31,520 nt of DNA from assembly GCA_046485285.1 (NCBI GenBank), contig JAWOHE010000012.1, forward strand, positions 1-31,520, written 5' to 3'. The stretch is from a bacterium (GTDB lineage Bacteria > Hydrothermota > Tepidihabitantia > Tepidihabitantales > Tepidihabitantaceae). Under the pieces are notes generated by a model. That model made no database searches. It had not been told where the DNA came from and saw only the letters and a program-made list of their open reading frames with translations. Positions 18,583 to 26,890 of this stretch are shown one piece after another; positions within the stretch are counted from its first letter, which is position 1; every line of letters starts with the position of its first letter. Made by a program: the position numbers and the translations under genes.

Positions 18583-18610
18583 ATTCTACGACCCGCCGCA
18601 GAACAGTCAA
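18583..18610 (-). promoter_or_regulatory. Promoter TTGACT-16-TAGAAT, ATG 6 nt downstream (leaderless)
   Basis: agtcaa 18605-18610, attcta 18583-18588, ATG 18576. Confidence 0.78.
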
Positions 18611-18652
18611 CCGGCCGGGCGGTTGCCCGGTGGTCAGGGCATTGCGAGCCGG

Positions 18653-19489
18653 CTACCGGTGCCGGCGGAACTCGCCCGGATCCAGCGGCTCTGCGCCGAG
18701 CCGGGCGAGCAGTGCCCGCGCGCGGTCCAACCCGGCTCCGAGGTCACCGGGCCGGTGGGCGTCAGAACCTGTGGTGAAACGCTCGACGCCGGCCGCTCGG
18801 GCCTGCCTGAGGAGCGCAAACGCCGGGTAGGGTTCGGCGTCGCCCCGGCGAAACGCCGACGTGTTCACCTCGATTGCCGTCCCGGACCCGGCGATGGCCG
18901 CGAGCGCGCGGGGCAGCTCGGCCGCGGCCGCGGCCAGGAGCTCGGCACCGAGCCTCGGCACCACGTACTTGCGGTAGATGTCGAGGTGGCCGAGCGCGTC
19001 GAACAGTCCGCTCTGGGCCGCTGCGCCGACCCGGTCAAAATACCGGCGCATCAGCTCGGCCGGTGGCAGACACCGGAACCGCTCCGCAAACTCGTCCTGC
19101 TCGCGACCGGAACTGAGCGCCAGGTGGTCAATGCAGTGCACCGAGCCGAGCACGAACTCGAACCGGTGTCGGCCGAGCAACTCACGGACCAACGGCTCGA
19201 ACCCGGGCTCGTAGCCGACTTCGACGCCGGCCAGCACCCGGAGGTCGGGAAACTCATCCCGCGCGGCATCGATCGCCGCCAGGTAGCAGCTGACCCAGTC
19301 CGACGCAGCCGACATCAACCTGCCGCCTACCCGGACCTGTTCGCGATCCACCCGCGCCGGGTCGGGCTCGTAGTGGCTGGTGAAGCACAGACCGTCCAGT
19401 TCAAGAGCGCGCGCCCGGGCGCAGTACTCACGCACTGACCCGGTCGCATCAGGCGAGAAATCCGGGTGAACGTGCAGGTCGAAGTTCAT
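18653..19489 (-). CDS. PHP-domain histidinol-phosphatase (HisJ family)
   Basis: DLHVH, FTSH, GVEV, LGSVH, GHLD, EVNTS, GSDAH. Confidence 0.88.
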   Translation of the reverse strand: MNFDLHVHPDFSPDATGSVREYCARARALELDGLCFTSHYEPDPARVDREQVRVGGRLMSAASDWVSCYLAAIDAARDEFPDLRVLAGVEVGYEPGFEPLVRELLGRHRFEFVLGSVHCIDHLALSSGREQDEFAERFRCLPPAELMRRYFDRVGAAAQSGLFDALGHLDIYRKYVVPRLGAELLAAAAAELPRALAAIAGSGTAIEVNTSAFRRGDAEPYPAFALLRQARAAGVERFTTGSDAHRPGDLGAGLDRARALLARLGAEPLDPGEFRRHR

Positions 19490-21222
19490 CGCCCGGTCTC
19501 GAGCCAGGTCGCGGCGTTCCAGCCCGCCTCCACTCCCGGGCTCCAGCCCGCGCTCAGTCCAAAGCGTCCGAACGCCAGCCTGGCGCCGGCCGCCGCGCCG
19601 ATCCGCCAGCCGGTCCGGGCAGTCGAGTAACTCAGGGCCGGCCCGAACACCATCGGGTCAGTGAAGTACATCCGCGCGCTGCCGGCGACGTCGAACCGCG
19701 CGGCCGCGGCCCGGAGGCTGACCCGACCGACCCCGGTCTCGACCCGGACCGCCGCGGCCCGACCATGCCCGGCCGTACCCTCCGGGTAGCCGTCGTCGAA
19801 CTCGAGGCCAAGTCCAAGCACCGGGAGAGCCTGCCAGCGCAGTTCCGCGTGCGCCCGCCGGAAACTGGGCTCGTCGAGCCGGTAGCGTCGCTCGACTCCC
19901 ATCGTCAACCGGACCGGCCCGATCGGCAGACCGATGTCGAGACCGGCACGGCCCGGCAGCGAGTCGGTCACGTAGTCCTGGAGACTGCTCGCCGAGGCGC
20001 TGACCGACAGTGCGCCCGGCGTCCATCGCGCGCTGACCCGGCCCGAGAACCGGTCCCGCCGATCGGTGGTCGACTGCCAGCGGCCCAGCGGCGCAAAGAA
20101 CCCGGCCGTGCGCGCGTCCGCGCCCAGCGCGAGCCGGAACCGGTCCCAGTTGCCCTCCACCGTCGCCGCGCCAGCCCAGCCGCCGCCGGTCGAGCCGGCA
20201 GCCTCGGCCGCCAGCCGGTACGGTCGGCCCAGCCAGTCAAGACCGGCCCCGCCGAAGGTCAGCGAACGGCCGAAGAACGACCAGTGCGAATCCGCCGGCG
20301 CGATGCCCGGCTCGTAGTCAAGATGCCCGAGGGTCAACGCGAGCCTGAACCCCGCCCGCTCGAACCCGGCCCGCGCTCCGACCGACTTCTCATCGACCGC
20401 GCGTCGGCCGGCCAGCCGGGTCGAGTCGCTGTTGCGGCCGTCAAGTCGGATCCGGCGCGGCTCGCCGTCTGCGCCCAGCACCGCGTCCCGCCCGGCCCAC
20501 GAGCCGAACCCGGCGAGCGTGAACTCCCCGAAACGCCGCTCGACCGCGAGCCCGCGCAAATGTCGGGCCTCGAGCGGCAGGCGCAGGGCGCGCATCGACG
20601 ACGGCCCATCGGGGCTCCGGCCCGCGCGGTCGGCAAACCGCCGATGCGGCCCGCTGAAGACCAGCCCGAGCCCGGACCCAAAGGTGAAGTCGCCCGCGCA
20701 GGCCCGAGTGGCGCCGGACTCGTAGGCCAGCGAGCCGCCCAGCCAGTCGGGCAGTATCGGCTCGCCTGCGTCGTTCTCGGCGGCCAGCGCAGCCGACCAC
20801 GGCCCGCGCTCGATTGAGGCGGCCGCGCTTCCCGACCACCGACCGCCGGGTGGCATCGTGTCGGCCCGCAGGCTGAGCCGGGCCGAACCGCCGGCCGGCG
20901 ACTGGACCGGGCCGACGCGCACGAACGGCAGGACCAGCCGAAGCCAGTCCGGGGTCAGGCCCGGCACCCGGCCAAGCTCAGTGGTCGAGCTGAACCCGCC
21001 GACCGAATCTCGCCAGCCGACGATCCGCCAGGCAAGCACCGGGTCGAGCCAGGGGATTTCGAGTAACTCCTCGACGCCCGCGCGGTTCAGGTCGATCGGC
21101 CGCGCACGTAGTGCCTCGGCGGCCTCACGGACGTGCTCGTCGTCAGCGTTCGGCGTGAGGTCGATCGGGAGCGCCGGCAGGGCGGCGCCGAACGCCGCGG
21201 CAATGAGCGGCACTACCAGCAT
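19486..21222 (-). CDS. Helix-hairpin-helix (ComEA-like) domain fused to a probable outer-membrane beta-barrel
   Basis: N-terminal hydrophobic signal; IDLNRAGVEELLEIPWL...AWRIVGWRDSVGGFSSTTELGRVPGL HhH motif; downstream amphipathic Gly/aromatic strands. Start ATG 21222. Confidence 0.75.
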   Translation of the reverse strand: MLVVPLIAAAFGAALPALPIDLTPNADDEHVREAAEALRARPIDLNRAGVEELLEIPWLDPVLAWRIVGWRDSVGGFSSTTELGRVPGLTPDWLRLVLPFVRVGPVQSPAGGSARLSLRADTMPPGGRWSGSAAASIERGPWSAALAAENDAGEPILPDWLGGSLAYESGATRACAGDFTFGSGLGLVFSGPHRRFADRAGRSPDGPSSMRALRLPLEARHLRGLAVERRFGEFTLAGFGSWAGRDAVLGADGEPRRIRLDGRNSDSTRLAGRRAVDEKSVGARAGFERAGFRLALTLGHLDYEPGIAPADSHWSFFGRSLTFGGAGLDWLGRPYRLAAEAAGSTGGGWAGAATVEGNWDRFRLALGADARTAGFFAPLGRWQSTTDRRDRFSGRVSARWTPGALSVSASASSLQDYVTDSLPGRAGLDIGLPIGPVRLTMGVERRYRLDEPSFRRAHAELRWQALPVLGLGLEFDDGYPEGTAGHGRAAAVRVETGVGRVSLRAAAARFDVAGSARMYFTDPMVFGPALSYSTARTGWRIGAAAGARLAFGRFGLSAGWSPGVEAGWNAATWLETGR

Positions 21223-21989
21223 TGCACCCGCAGCCCGAAGATGTGGCTGTCGCGAAGCTGGGCGTGGTAGCGCAGGGCATAGTCGACGCCGACCGGCCCG
21301 GCCGCGAAACCGAGCCCGGCCGAGTACCCGAGCGGCGGCCAGCGCCCACCGCACCGCAGCGCGAGCTGGGGCAGCAACCGCAGCTCGAGGCCCAGCGCGA
21401 CCTCGGGATCGGCTACTGACCAGCCGACGTCGAGCGCCGCAGTGAGGTCGTCGAACGGCTCGGCGGCGAAACCCGCGCGGACGGTCGCCGGCAGTTCGTC
21501 GCCCCCGGCAAACCTCGGCGCGTTGACCCGGCCGCCCGCGGCACCGACCCGCAGGCGCCGGCCCGCCCAGGTGACGCCGGCGTCGAGCGCGACGGCCGCC
21601 TCGGTCCGCTCGGTGCCGGCGGTGACTGTCAGAAGGTGCGCGGCCGCGCCGACCGACCAGCCCGCCGCCGGCCGGAACGCGCCCGCGAGCCCGAAGTCGC
21701 GCTCCCGGAACCGGTCATAGCCGAGCTGGCTCGCCCCGGCGACACACGACCAGCGTTCGAAACTCGCGGCCCCGCCCAGCCCGAAGTGGTCGACGCCCTC
21801 GAGCCCGTGCGGACGCCAGTAGCCGGTCGCCGCCGCGAGGCGAGGAGCCGCGACCGCCAGGGCAGGGTTGTGGGAAAGCGCGCTTCGCCAGTCGGGGTGA
21901 GCGCCGCCGGCGAGCATCGCCGCCGCAGAGCCAAACGGCAGCCCGGCTTCGAACGCGGCCAGTGCCGCCAGCAGAAACGCGGACTGCAA
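21213..21989 (-). CDS. Probable outer-membrane beta-barrel protein (PorV/PorQ/FadL-like)
   Basis: Signal-like N-terminus, NPA motif (SHNPALA), alternating strands, ending VDYA...SHIFGLRVQCW; TTG start with purine-rich SD. Confidence 0.65.
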   Translation of the reverse strand: MQSAFLLAALAAFEAGLPFGSAAAMLAGGAHPDWRSALSHNPALAVAAPRLAAATGYWRPHGLEGVDHFGLGGAASFERWSCVAGASQLGYDRFRERDFGLAGAFRPAAGWSVGAAAHLLTVTAGTERTEAAVALDAGVTWAGRRLRVGAAGGRVNAPRFAGGDELPATVRAGFAAEPFDDLTAALDVGWSVADPEVALGLELRLLPQLALRCGGRWPPLGYSAGLGFAAGPVGVDYALRYHAQLRDSHIFGLRVQCW

Positions 21990-22017
21990 CGACCTTCTTC
22001 CTCGGCGCGCCCGCCGG

Positions 22018-22368
22018 CTACTTCAGGTAGTAGAGGAACCGCCCGCAGTTGGGGCAGGCAACGACCTCGGCCCGGCAGCGGACGACCAGCTCCGACGGCA
22101 GGACCACGTAGCAGCCGCCGCAGAACTCCTTGACGACCTGGACGACGACCCGGCTGCCGTAGCGCTTCATTATCCGCTCGTAGAGCGTCAGGAGCTTGGG
22201 GTCGATCTTCTTGGTCAGCTTGGCGCGCTCGCGCTCCGCGGTCCGGATGAACTCGGTCGAGGCCTTGACACCCTTGAACCCCATCGCCTGGTAGGCGGCC
22301 GACTCGATGTCGCGGAGAATCAGGTCGAACTCCTCGAGCGCCCGGAGCGTCTCGATCTTCGAATTCAT
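22018..22368 (-). CDS. C4-type zinc-ribbon protein (zf-RING_7 / CT398-HP0958-like), short form
   Basis: LLTLYERI, CGGC, CPNCGRFLY. Confidence 0.85.
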   Translation of the reverse strand: MNSKIETLRALEEFDLILRDIESAAYQAMGFKGVKASTEFIRTAERERAKLTKKIDPKLLTLYERIMKRYGSRVVVQVVKEFCGGCYVVLPSELVVRCRAEVVACPNCGRFLYYLK

Positions 22369-22823
22369 CGGATCTTCTCCTCCAGGCCCCTGACGAGTTC
22401 GAGGAACTCCTCGGGCGTCTGCGGGTCGAACAGCCGCTTCTCCTTGGCCAGCTCCTGGCAGACCATTGCCACCCGGCCGAGCGTTATCAGGTACTGGTTG
22501 CCCCGGTCCTGGGGTGGCGCCATTATCAGGAAGAACAGGTGGACCGGCTTCTTGTCGATGGCGTCGAACTCGACGCCCTTGACCGAACGGCCGACCGCAA
22601 CCTCGAGCCGGTCAATCAGCAGCGACCGGCCGTGGGGAATCGCCACTCCCTTGCCGATCCCGGTCGAGCCGAGCTCCTCGCGCTTGAGCAGCGTCTGGAG
22701 CAGCGTGTCGGCGTTGTCGCCGGCCTGGACCATCGCGACCAGGTCCTTGAGCACGTCCGCCTTCTTCCGACCTTTGAGGTCGAGGTTGATGCGCTCCGGG
22801 GACAGCAGAGACGTCAGGGTCAA
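22365..22823 (-). CDS. PTS EIIA domain protein (Ntr/fructose type)
   Basis: REELGSTGIGKGVAIPHGR with phospho-acceptor His; AGGAGG SD, TTG start. Confidence 0.92.
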   Translation of the reverse strand: MTLTSLLSPERINLDLKGRKKADVLKDLVAMVQAGDNADTLLQTLLKREELGSTGIGKGVAIPHGRSLLIDRLEVAVGRSVKGVEFDAIDKKPVHLFFLIMAPPQDRGNQYLITLGRVAMVCQELAKEKRLFDPQTPEEFLELVRGLEEKIR

Positions 22824-22836
22824 TCAACACCTCCTG

Positions 22837-23208
22837 TCAGGGCATCTTCGGTGACGGGGTCGCGCCGCCCCGGCGCGCCGTCGGCAGGTCGCCCCACAGC
22901 CGCTCCAGTCCATAGAACTGTCTGGCTTCACCTGAGAAAATATGCACGATGACGTCGACGTAGTCAAGCAGCGCCCACTGGCCGTGCTCCAGTCCTTCGA
23001 CGTGCTTGACCCGCTCGCCGCGCTCCTTCATCCCGGCGACGACCGCCTCGGCCAGGCTCCGGGCGTGGACGCTCGAGCCCGCGGTCGCGATGACGAAGTA
23101 GTCGGCGAGCGCGGTCTGGCCGCTGAGGTTAATCGCGACGATGTCCTCGCCGAGCTTCGCCTCGAGAATCCCGACAATGCCCTCGGCCAGCTCCGCCGGC
23201 GTCATCAT
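22837..23208 (-). CDS. rsfS: Ribosome silencing factor
   Basis: ADYFVIAT, VEG...WALLDYVDVIVHIF...RQFYGLERLW. Confidence 0.95.
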   Translation of the reverse strand: MMTPAELAEGIVGILEAKLGEDIVAINLSGQTALADYFVIATAGSSVHARSLAEAVVAGMKERGERVKHVEGLEHGQWALLDYVDVIVHIFSGEARQFYGLERLWGDLPTARRGGATPSPKMP

Positions 23209-23660
23209 CGCAGTGCCAGCACTCCCGGGAAGAATGTTCCATGGTCGCGCCCGACGACGACCCGCAGGTCAACGAACCGGCTCGAGTCGAGCCCGGCCCG
23301 CGCCTCGGGTGCCAGCCGGCCGCGGAGCGGCACGAACCACCAGCGCCGGCCGACCGCCAGCTCGGCCGCCACCGTCTCGGCCCGGTCGCCCGACGGGTCC
23401 CGAAGGTCGATCACCGCCGTTCGCTCGACGACCGAGTCGCAGTTGCCGGTGTCGTAGACGTCGAACCCGCGGCGCAGCAGCTCGTCGGCGACCGCCCGCG
23501 CCATCCGCGGCGCGCCGCAGCCGTTGAAGACCTCGAGGCTGACCGACTTGCGGTCGAAACCGGTGCCCGGCGGCGCGGCGAGCCGCCGCAGGACGAACAG
23601 CACGGCGACCGCGAGCCCGGCGGCCGACGCGGCGACAACGGCCGCGACGATTGCCTTCAC
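23205..23660 (-). CDS. Membrane-anchored LytR C-terminal domain protein
   Basis: N-terminal TM, LEVFNGCG...A..VADEL...GF...GN, DLRVVVGRD; GTG 23660 overlaps the upstream stop. Confidence 0.82.
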   Translation of the reverse strand: MKAIVAAVVAASAAGLAVAVLFVLRRLAAPPGTGFDRKSVSLEVFNGCGAPRMARAVADELLRRGFDVYDTGNCDSVVERTAVIDLRDPSGDRAETVAAELAVGRRWWFVPLRGRLAPEARAGLDSSRFVDLRVVVGRDHGTFFPGVLALR

Positions 23661-24394
23661 CCGCCCGTCCCCTGCCGGGCCGCCAGCTCCGCCTCGACCA
23701 GCGCGAACTGCTCCGGCGTGTTGATGCCCAGCACCTCGTCCGCGCCCGCCGCCGAAACCGCGACGACGCGGCCGCCCGCGGCCCGGATGCCTCGGACCGC
23801 GTCGGTCAGGTAGTACTCGCCCGAGACCGGGCTCGGTGAAATCGTCTCGAGCACCGGCCGGACCCGCCCCCAGACGAAGCTGTAGGCGCCCGAGTTGACC
23901 TCGCGGATGCGCCGGGTCGGACCGTCGGCGTCGCGCTCCTCGACGATCGCCTCGATGCTCGCGCCCTCGCCGCGGACGATCCGGCCGTAGCCGGCCGGGT
24001 TGGCGAGCTCGGCGGTCAGCACCGCGACGTCGGCCGACGCCTCGCGCCGCGACTGCCAGAGCCGGCGGACCGTCTCGCCCCGGACCAGCGGCGCGTCGCC
24101 GCAAAGCACCACGCATTCCTCTTCGTCGGCGAGCAGTTCCCGGCCGGCGAGGAGCGCGTCGGCGGTGCCCCGGGGCTGGCGCTGGACCGCGTACTCGAGC
24201 GACTCGCCCGCGAACGCCGCGCGGACCGCCTCGTGCCCGGCCCCGACAATCGCGATGACCCGGCCGGCGCCGCCCGCGCGCGCTGCACCGATGACGTGGC
24301 TCAGCACCGGCCGGCCGTCCAGCGCCAGCAGCACTTTGGGGATTTCCGCCTTCATCCTGCTGCTGCGGCCGGCCGCGAGGATGACGGCGGTCAT
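23657..24394 (-). CDS. Sugar-phosphate nucleotidyltransferase equal to the GlmU N-terminal (uridyltransferase) domain only
   Basis: ILAAGRSSRMK..PKVL, Q.QPRGTADA, GDAPL, GYGRIVR, IVEERDA, EVNSG, EYYLTD, GINT; ends before any hexapeptide repeats. Confidence 0.9.
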   Translation of the reverse strand: MTAVILAAGRSSRMKAEIPKVLLALDGRPVLSHVIGAARAGGAGRVIAIVGAGHEAVRAAFAGESLEYAVQRQPRGTADALLAGRELLADEEECVVLCGDAPLVRGETVRRLWQSRREASADVAVLTAELANPAGYGRIVRGEGASIEAIVEERDADGPTRRIREVNSGAYSFVWGRVRPVLETISPSPVSGEYYLTDAVRGIRAAGGRVVAVSAAGADEVLGINTPEQFALVEAELAARQGTGG

Positions 24395-24744
24395 TCGACG
24401 ACCCGGTTTCGCCCGTCGACCCGGACCCGGACGAAATCCGGCGGGGCGGTGGAGTCATCAACGAGCACGACGCTCATCACGATCAGCTCGTCGTCGACCT
24501 CGCCCAGTCGGGCGGCCGCGCCATTCAGCACGCACGCGCCGCTGCCGTCCGGTGCGTCGATTACGTAGGTCTCGAACCGCTGGCCGTTATTGACGTTGAC
24601 GACCTGGACCAGCTCGTGGGGCAGGATACCGGCGGCGCGGCTGAGCGCGGCGTCAAGCTCGAGACTGCCCTCGTAGCGGAGGCTCTTGCCGGTGACCCGC
24701 AGTCGCTGAATCTTGGCTCTGACGAATCGGCGGTAGGAGGGCAA
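24391..24744 (-). CDS. panD: Aspartate 1-decarboxylase (pyruvoyl-dependent)
   Basis: YEG|S cleavage site, NNGQRFETY, NGAAAR; TTG start. Confidence 0.92.
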   Translation of the reverse strand: MPSYRRFVRAKIQRLRVTGKSLRYEGSLELDAALSRAAGILPHELVQVVNVNNGQRFETYVIDAPDGSGACVLNGAAARLGEVDDELIVMSVVLVDDSTAPPDFVRVRVDGRNRVVE

Positions 24745-24756
24745 TGCCGGCCCGGG

Positions 24757-25215
24757 CTACTTCTTCTTCGGCTTGGCCTTGGGCTCCGGCTTGCCGGACG
24801 CTGGCTCCTTGCCGGCGCGCGGCTTCTTCCTGGCGGCGGTCTTCGCAACCGCCGGTGCCGGGCGCACGACGAACTCGAGCAACGCCATCTCGGCCGCGTC
24901 GCCCGGGCGCGGGCCGAGCCGGTAGATCCGGGTGTAGCCGCCCGACCGGTCCGCGAACCGGGGACCGACCTCGCCGAACAGCCGGCGCAGTGCGGCGCCG
25001 TCGCCGATGAAACGCGCGGCCTCGCGCCGGGCCGCGAGCGTCCCGGTCCGCGCGTAGCTGACCATCCGGTCGGCGAAACGCTGGGCTTCCTTGGCCTTGG
25101 CCAGCGTCGTCTGGATGCGGTCGTGGGTGACGAGCTCCCGCACCAGGTTACGGAGCAGCGCCCGGCGGTGCTCGTGGGTCCGGCCCAGCTTCTTGACCTT
25201 GTTGCCGTGGCGCAC
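24757..25215 (-). CDS. rplQ: 50S ribosomal protein L17 with Lys/Pro/Ala-rich C-terminal tail
   Basis: MRHG..KLGR..HRRALLRNL, TTLAKAK, GGYTRI, GDAAEMA. Confidence 0.97.
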   Translation of the reverse strand: MRHGNKVKKLGRTHEHRRALLRNLVRELVTHDRIQTTLAKAKEAQRFADRMVSYARTGTLAARREAARFIGDGAALRRLFGEVGPRFADRSGGYTRIYRLGPRPGDAAEMALLEFVVRPAPAVAKTAARKKPRAGKEPASGKPEPKAKPKKK

Positions 25216-25218
25216 CGG

Positions 25219-26229
25219 TTACTCCCGCGGCTCCGGTGCGACGACGTCCATCCCGAAGGTAAGCCCCATGTCCTCGAGCACCTTCTTGAGCTCCTCGAGC
25301 GACTTGCGGCCGAAGTTCTCGATGTCGAGCATCTCCTTCTCGGTCCGCTGGACGAGGTCGCCGACGGTCTGGATCGAGATCTTCTCGCCGGTCCGCTTCG
25401 AACGCCCCTTCTTCAGGCAGTTGAGCGCACGGTTGGACAACTCGAGCTCCTCGATGTCCATCACCATCATCTCCATCATCCGGTCGCGGTCGCGGTAGAG
25501 CTTCTCCTCCTCGATGAACTCGGGCTCCTTCTCCTGCGGCACCATCACCGCCATGTGGTTCTTGAGGATCGTCGAGGCCTGGATCAGCGCCTCGTCGGGC
25601 CGGACCGTACCGTCGGTCCAGACCTCGAGGATGACCTTCTCGAAATCGGTCCGGTCCAGCACCCGCATGCTCTCGACCCAGTAGTTGATCTTCTTGACCG
25701 GCGAGAAGAACGCGTCGAGGAAAATCGTCCCCTGCGGCGCGCTCTGGTTCTTCTTGAGCCGGTCGGCCGGGACGTAGCCGCGGCCGTTCTCGACGACGAG
25801 CTCGATGTTGATCGCCCGGTTCTTCTCGGAAATCGTCAGCAGCTTCTCGTCCGGGTTGGCGATGATGAGCTCGGGCGGCACGGTCAGGTCCTTGGCGGTG
25901 AACTCGCGCCGGCCCTTGGCGTGGAGCATGCACGACTTCGGCGTCTCCGACCACAGCCGCATCCTGAGCTTCTTGATGTTGAGGATGAGCTGGGGGCCGT
26001 CCTCGAGCACCCCGTCGATCGTCGAGAACTCGTGCGGGACGTCCTCGATCCGCACCTGGGTGACCGCCGCGCCCTGGACCGAAGAAAGCAGCGCGCGCCG
26101 GAGCGCGTTGCCGATGGTGTTGCCCCAGCCCTTCTCGAGCGGGGCGATGATGAACCTGGTGTACGACTCGGTCGCCGAGTCGGCGTCGAACTCCAGCTTC
26201 TCCGGGATGACAAAGCGCTTGAGTTTCAT
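25219..26229 (-). CDS. rpoA: DNA-directed RNA polymerase alpha subunit
   Basis: PLEKGWGNTIGNALRR, HEFSTIDGVLED, DAFFSPV, ELELSNRALNCL, NFGRKSLEE. Confidence 0.98.
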   Translation of the reverse strand: MKLKRFVIPEKLEFDADSATESYTRFIIAPLEKGWGNTIGNALRRALLSSVQGAAVTQVRIEDVPHEFSTIDGVLEDGPQLILNIKKLRMRLWSETPKSCMLHAKGRREFTAKDLTVPPELIIANPDEKLLTISEKNRAINIELVVENGRGYVPADRLKKNQSAPQGTIFLDAFFSPVKKINYWVESMRVLDRTDFEKVILEVWTDGTVRPDEALIQASTILKNHMAVMVPQEKEPEFIEEEKLYRDRDRMMEMMVMDIEELELSNRALNCLKKGRSKRTGEKISIQTVGDLVQRTEKEMLDIENFGRKSLEELKKVLEDMGLTFGMDVVAPEPRE

Positions 26230-26843
26230 CGCGAGTAGAGCTCCACGATCAGCTGCGTGTTGCAGGGAATGTCCTTGACGTCCTCAGGGGCCGGCTCGCG
26301 CTCGATGCGGCCGACGAGCCGCTCCGTGTCGGCGGAGAGCCAGGTCGCCTGGGGCGCCTCCTTGGTGGCGGCAATCGGCTTCAGGAACGCCGCCGCGGCC
26401 TCGCCGTTGGCGGTTATCTCCTGGCCGGACCGGACCTGGTACGACGGGATGTTGACCCGCCGGCCGTCGACCAGGACGTGGCCGTGCCGAACGAACTGCC
26501 GCGCCTGGGAGCGCGAGTCCGCGAATCCGAGCCGGAACACGACGTTGTCGAGCCGGCGCTCGAGCAGTATCACCAGCGCCGCGGCGGTGTTGGCCTGCTT
26601 GGCCGCGCGCTCGAAGTAGTTGCGGAACTGCCGTTCGAGCACGCCGTACATCATCCGCAGCTTCTGCTTCTCGCGCAGCTGGATCGAGTACGCCGACTGG
26701 CGGCGGCGGCGGTTGCGGACGACGTTCTCCTCGCCCCGCTTCATCAGGACGCACTTGTCGGAAATACATTTTTCGCCGCGCAGGAAGAGCTTCTCGGCCG
26801 ACTTGCGGCACTTCTTGCACCTGGGTCCGATAGTTCTTGCCAT
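26226..26843 (-). CDS. rpsD: 30S ribosomal protein S4 (Zn-binding, four N-terminal Cys)
   Basis: CKKCR...KC...KC, QLREKQK, LERRLDNVV, ARQFVRHGH, IVELYSR. Confidence 0.98.
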   Translation of the reverse strand: MARTIGPRCKKCRKSAEKLFLRGEKCISDKCVLMKRGEENVVRNRRRRQSAYSIQLREKQKLRMMYGVLERQFRNYFERAAKQANTAAALVILLERRLDNVVFRLGFADSRSQARQFVRHGHVLVDGRRVNIPSYQVRSGQEITANGEAAAAFLKPIAATKEAPQATWLSADTERLVGRIEREPAPEDVKDIPCNTQLIVELYSR

Positions 26844-26855
26844 CTTTAGTCCCGG

Positions 26856-26883
26856 ATTATAGAAACCAGCCCGTCCAAGTCAA
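26856..26883 (-). promoter_or_regulatory. Internal promoter TTGACT-16-TATAAT upstream of rpsD
   Basis: agtcaa 26878-26883, attata 26856-26861, within the 47-bp rpsK-rpsD gap. Confidence 0.78.
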
Positions 26884-26890
26884 ACCGGCC

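Noticed and set aside
23205-24461. 418-aa ORF suggesting a long protein or frameshifted glmU C-terminus
   Set aside because: Only the last 151 codons (from GTG 23660) are protein-like (LytR_C); no hexapeptide repeats in any frame.
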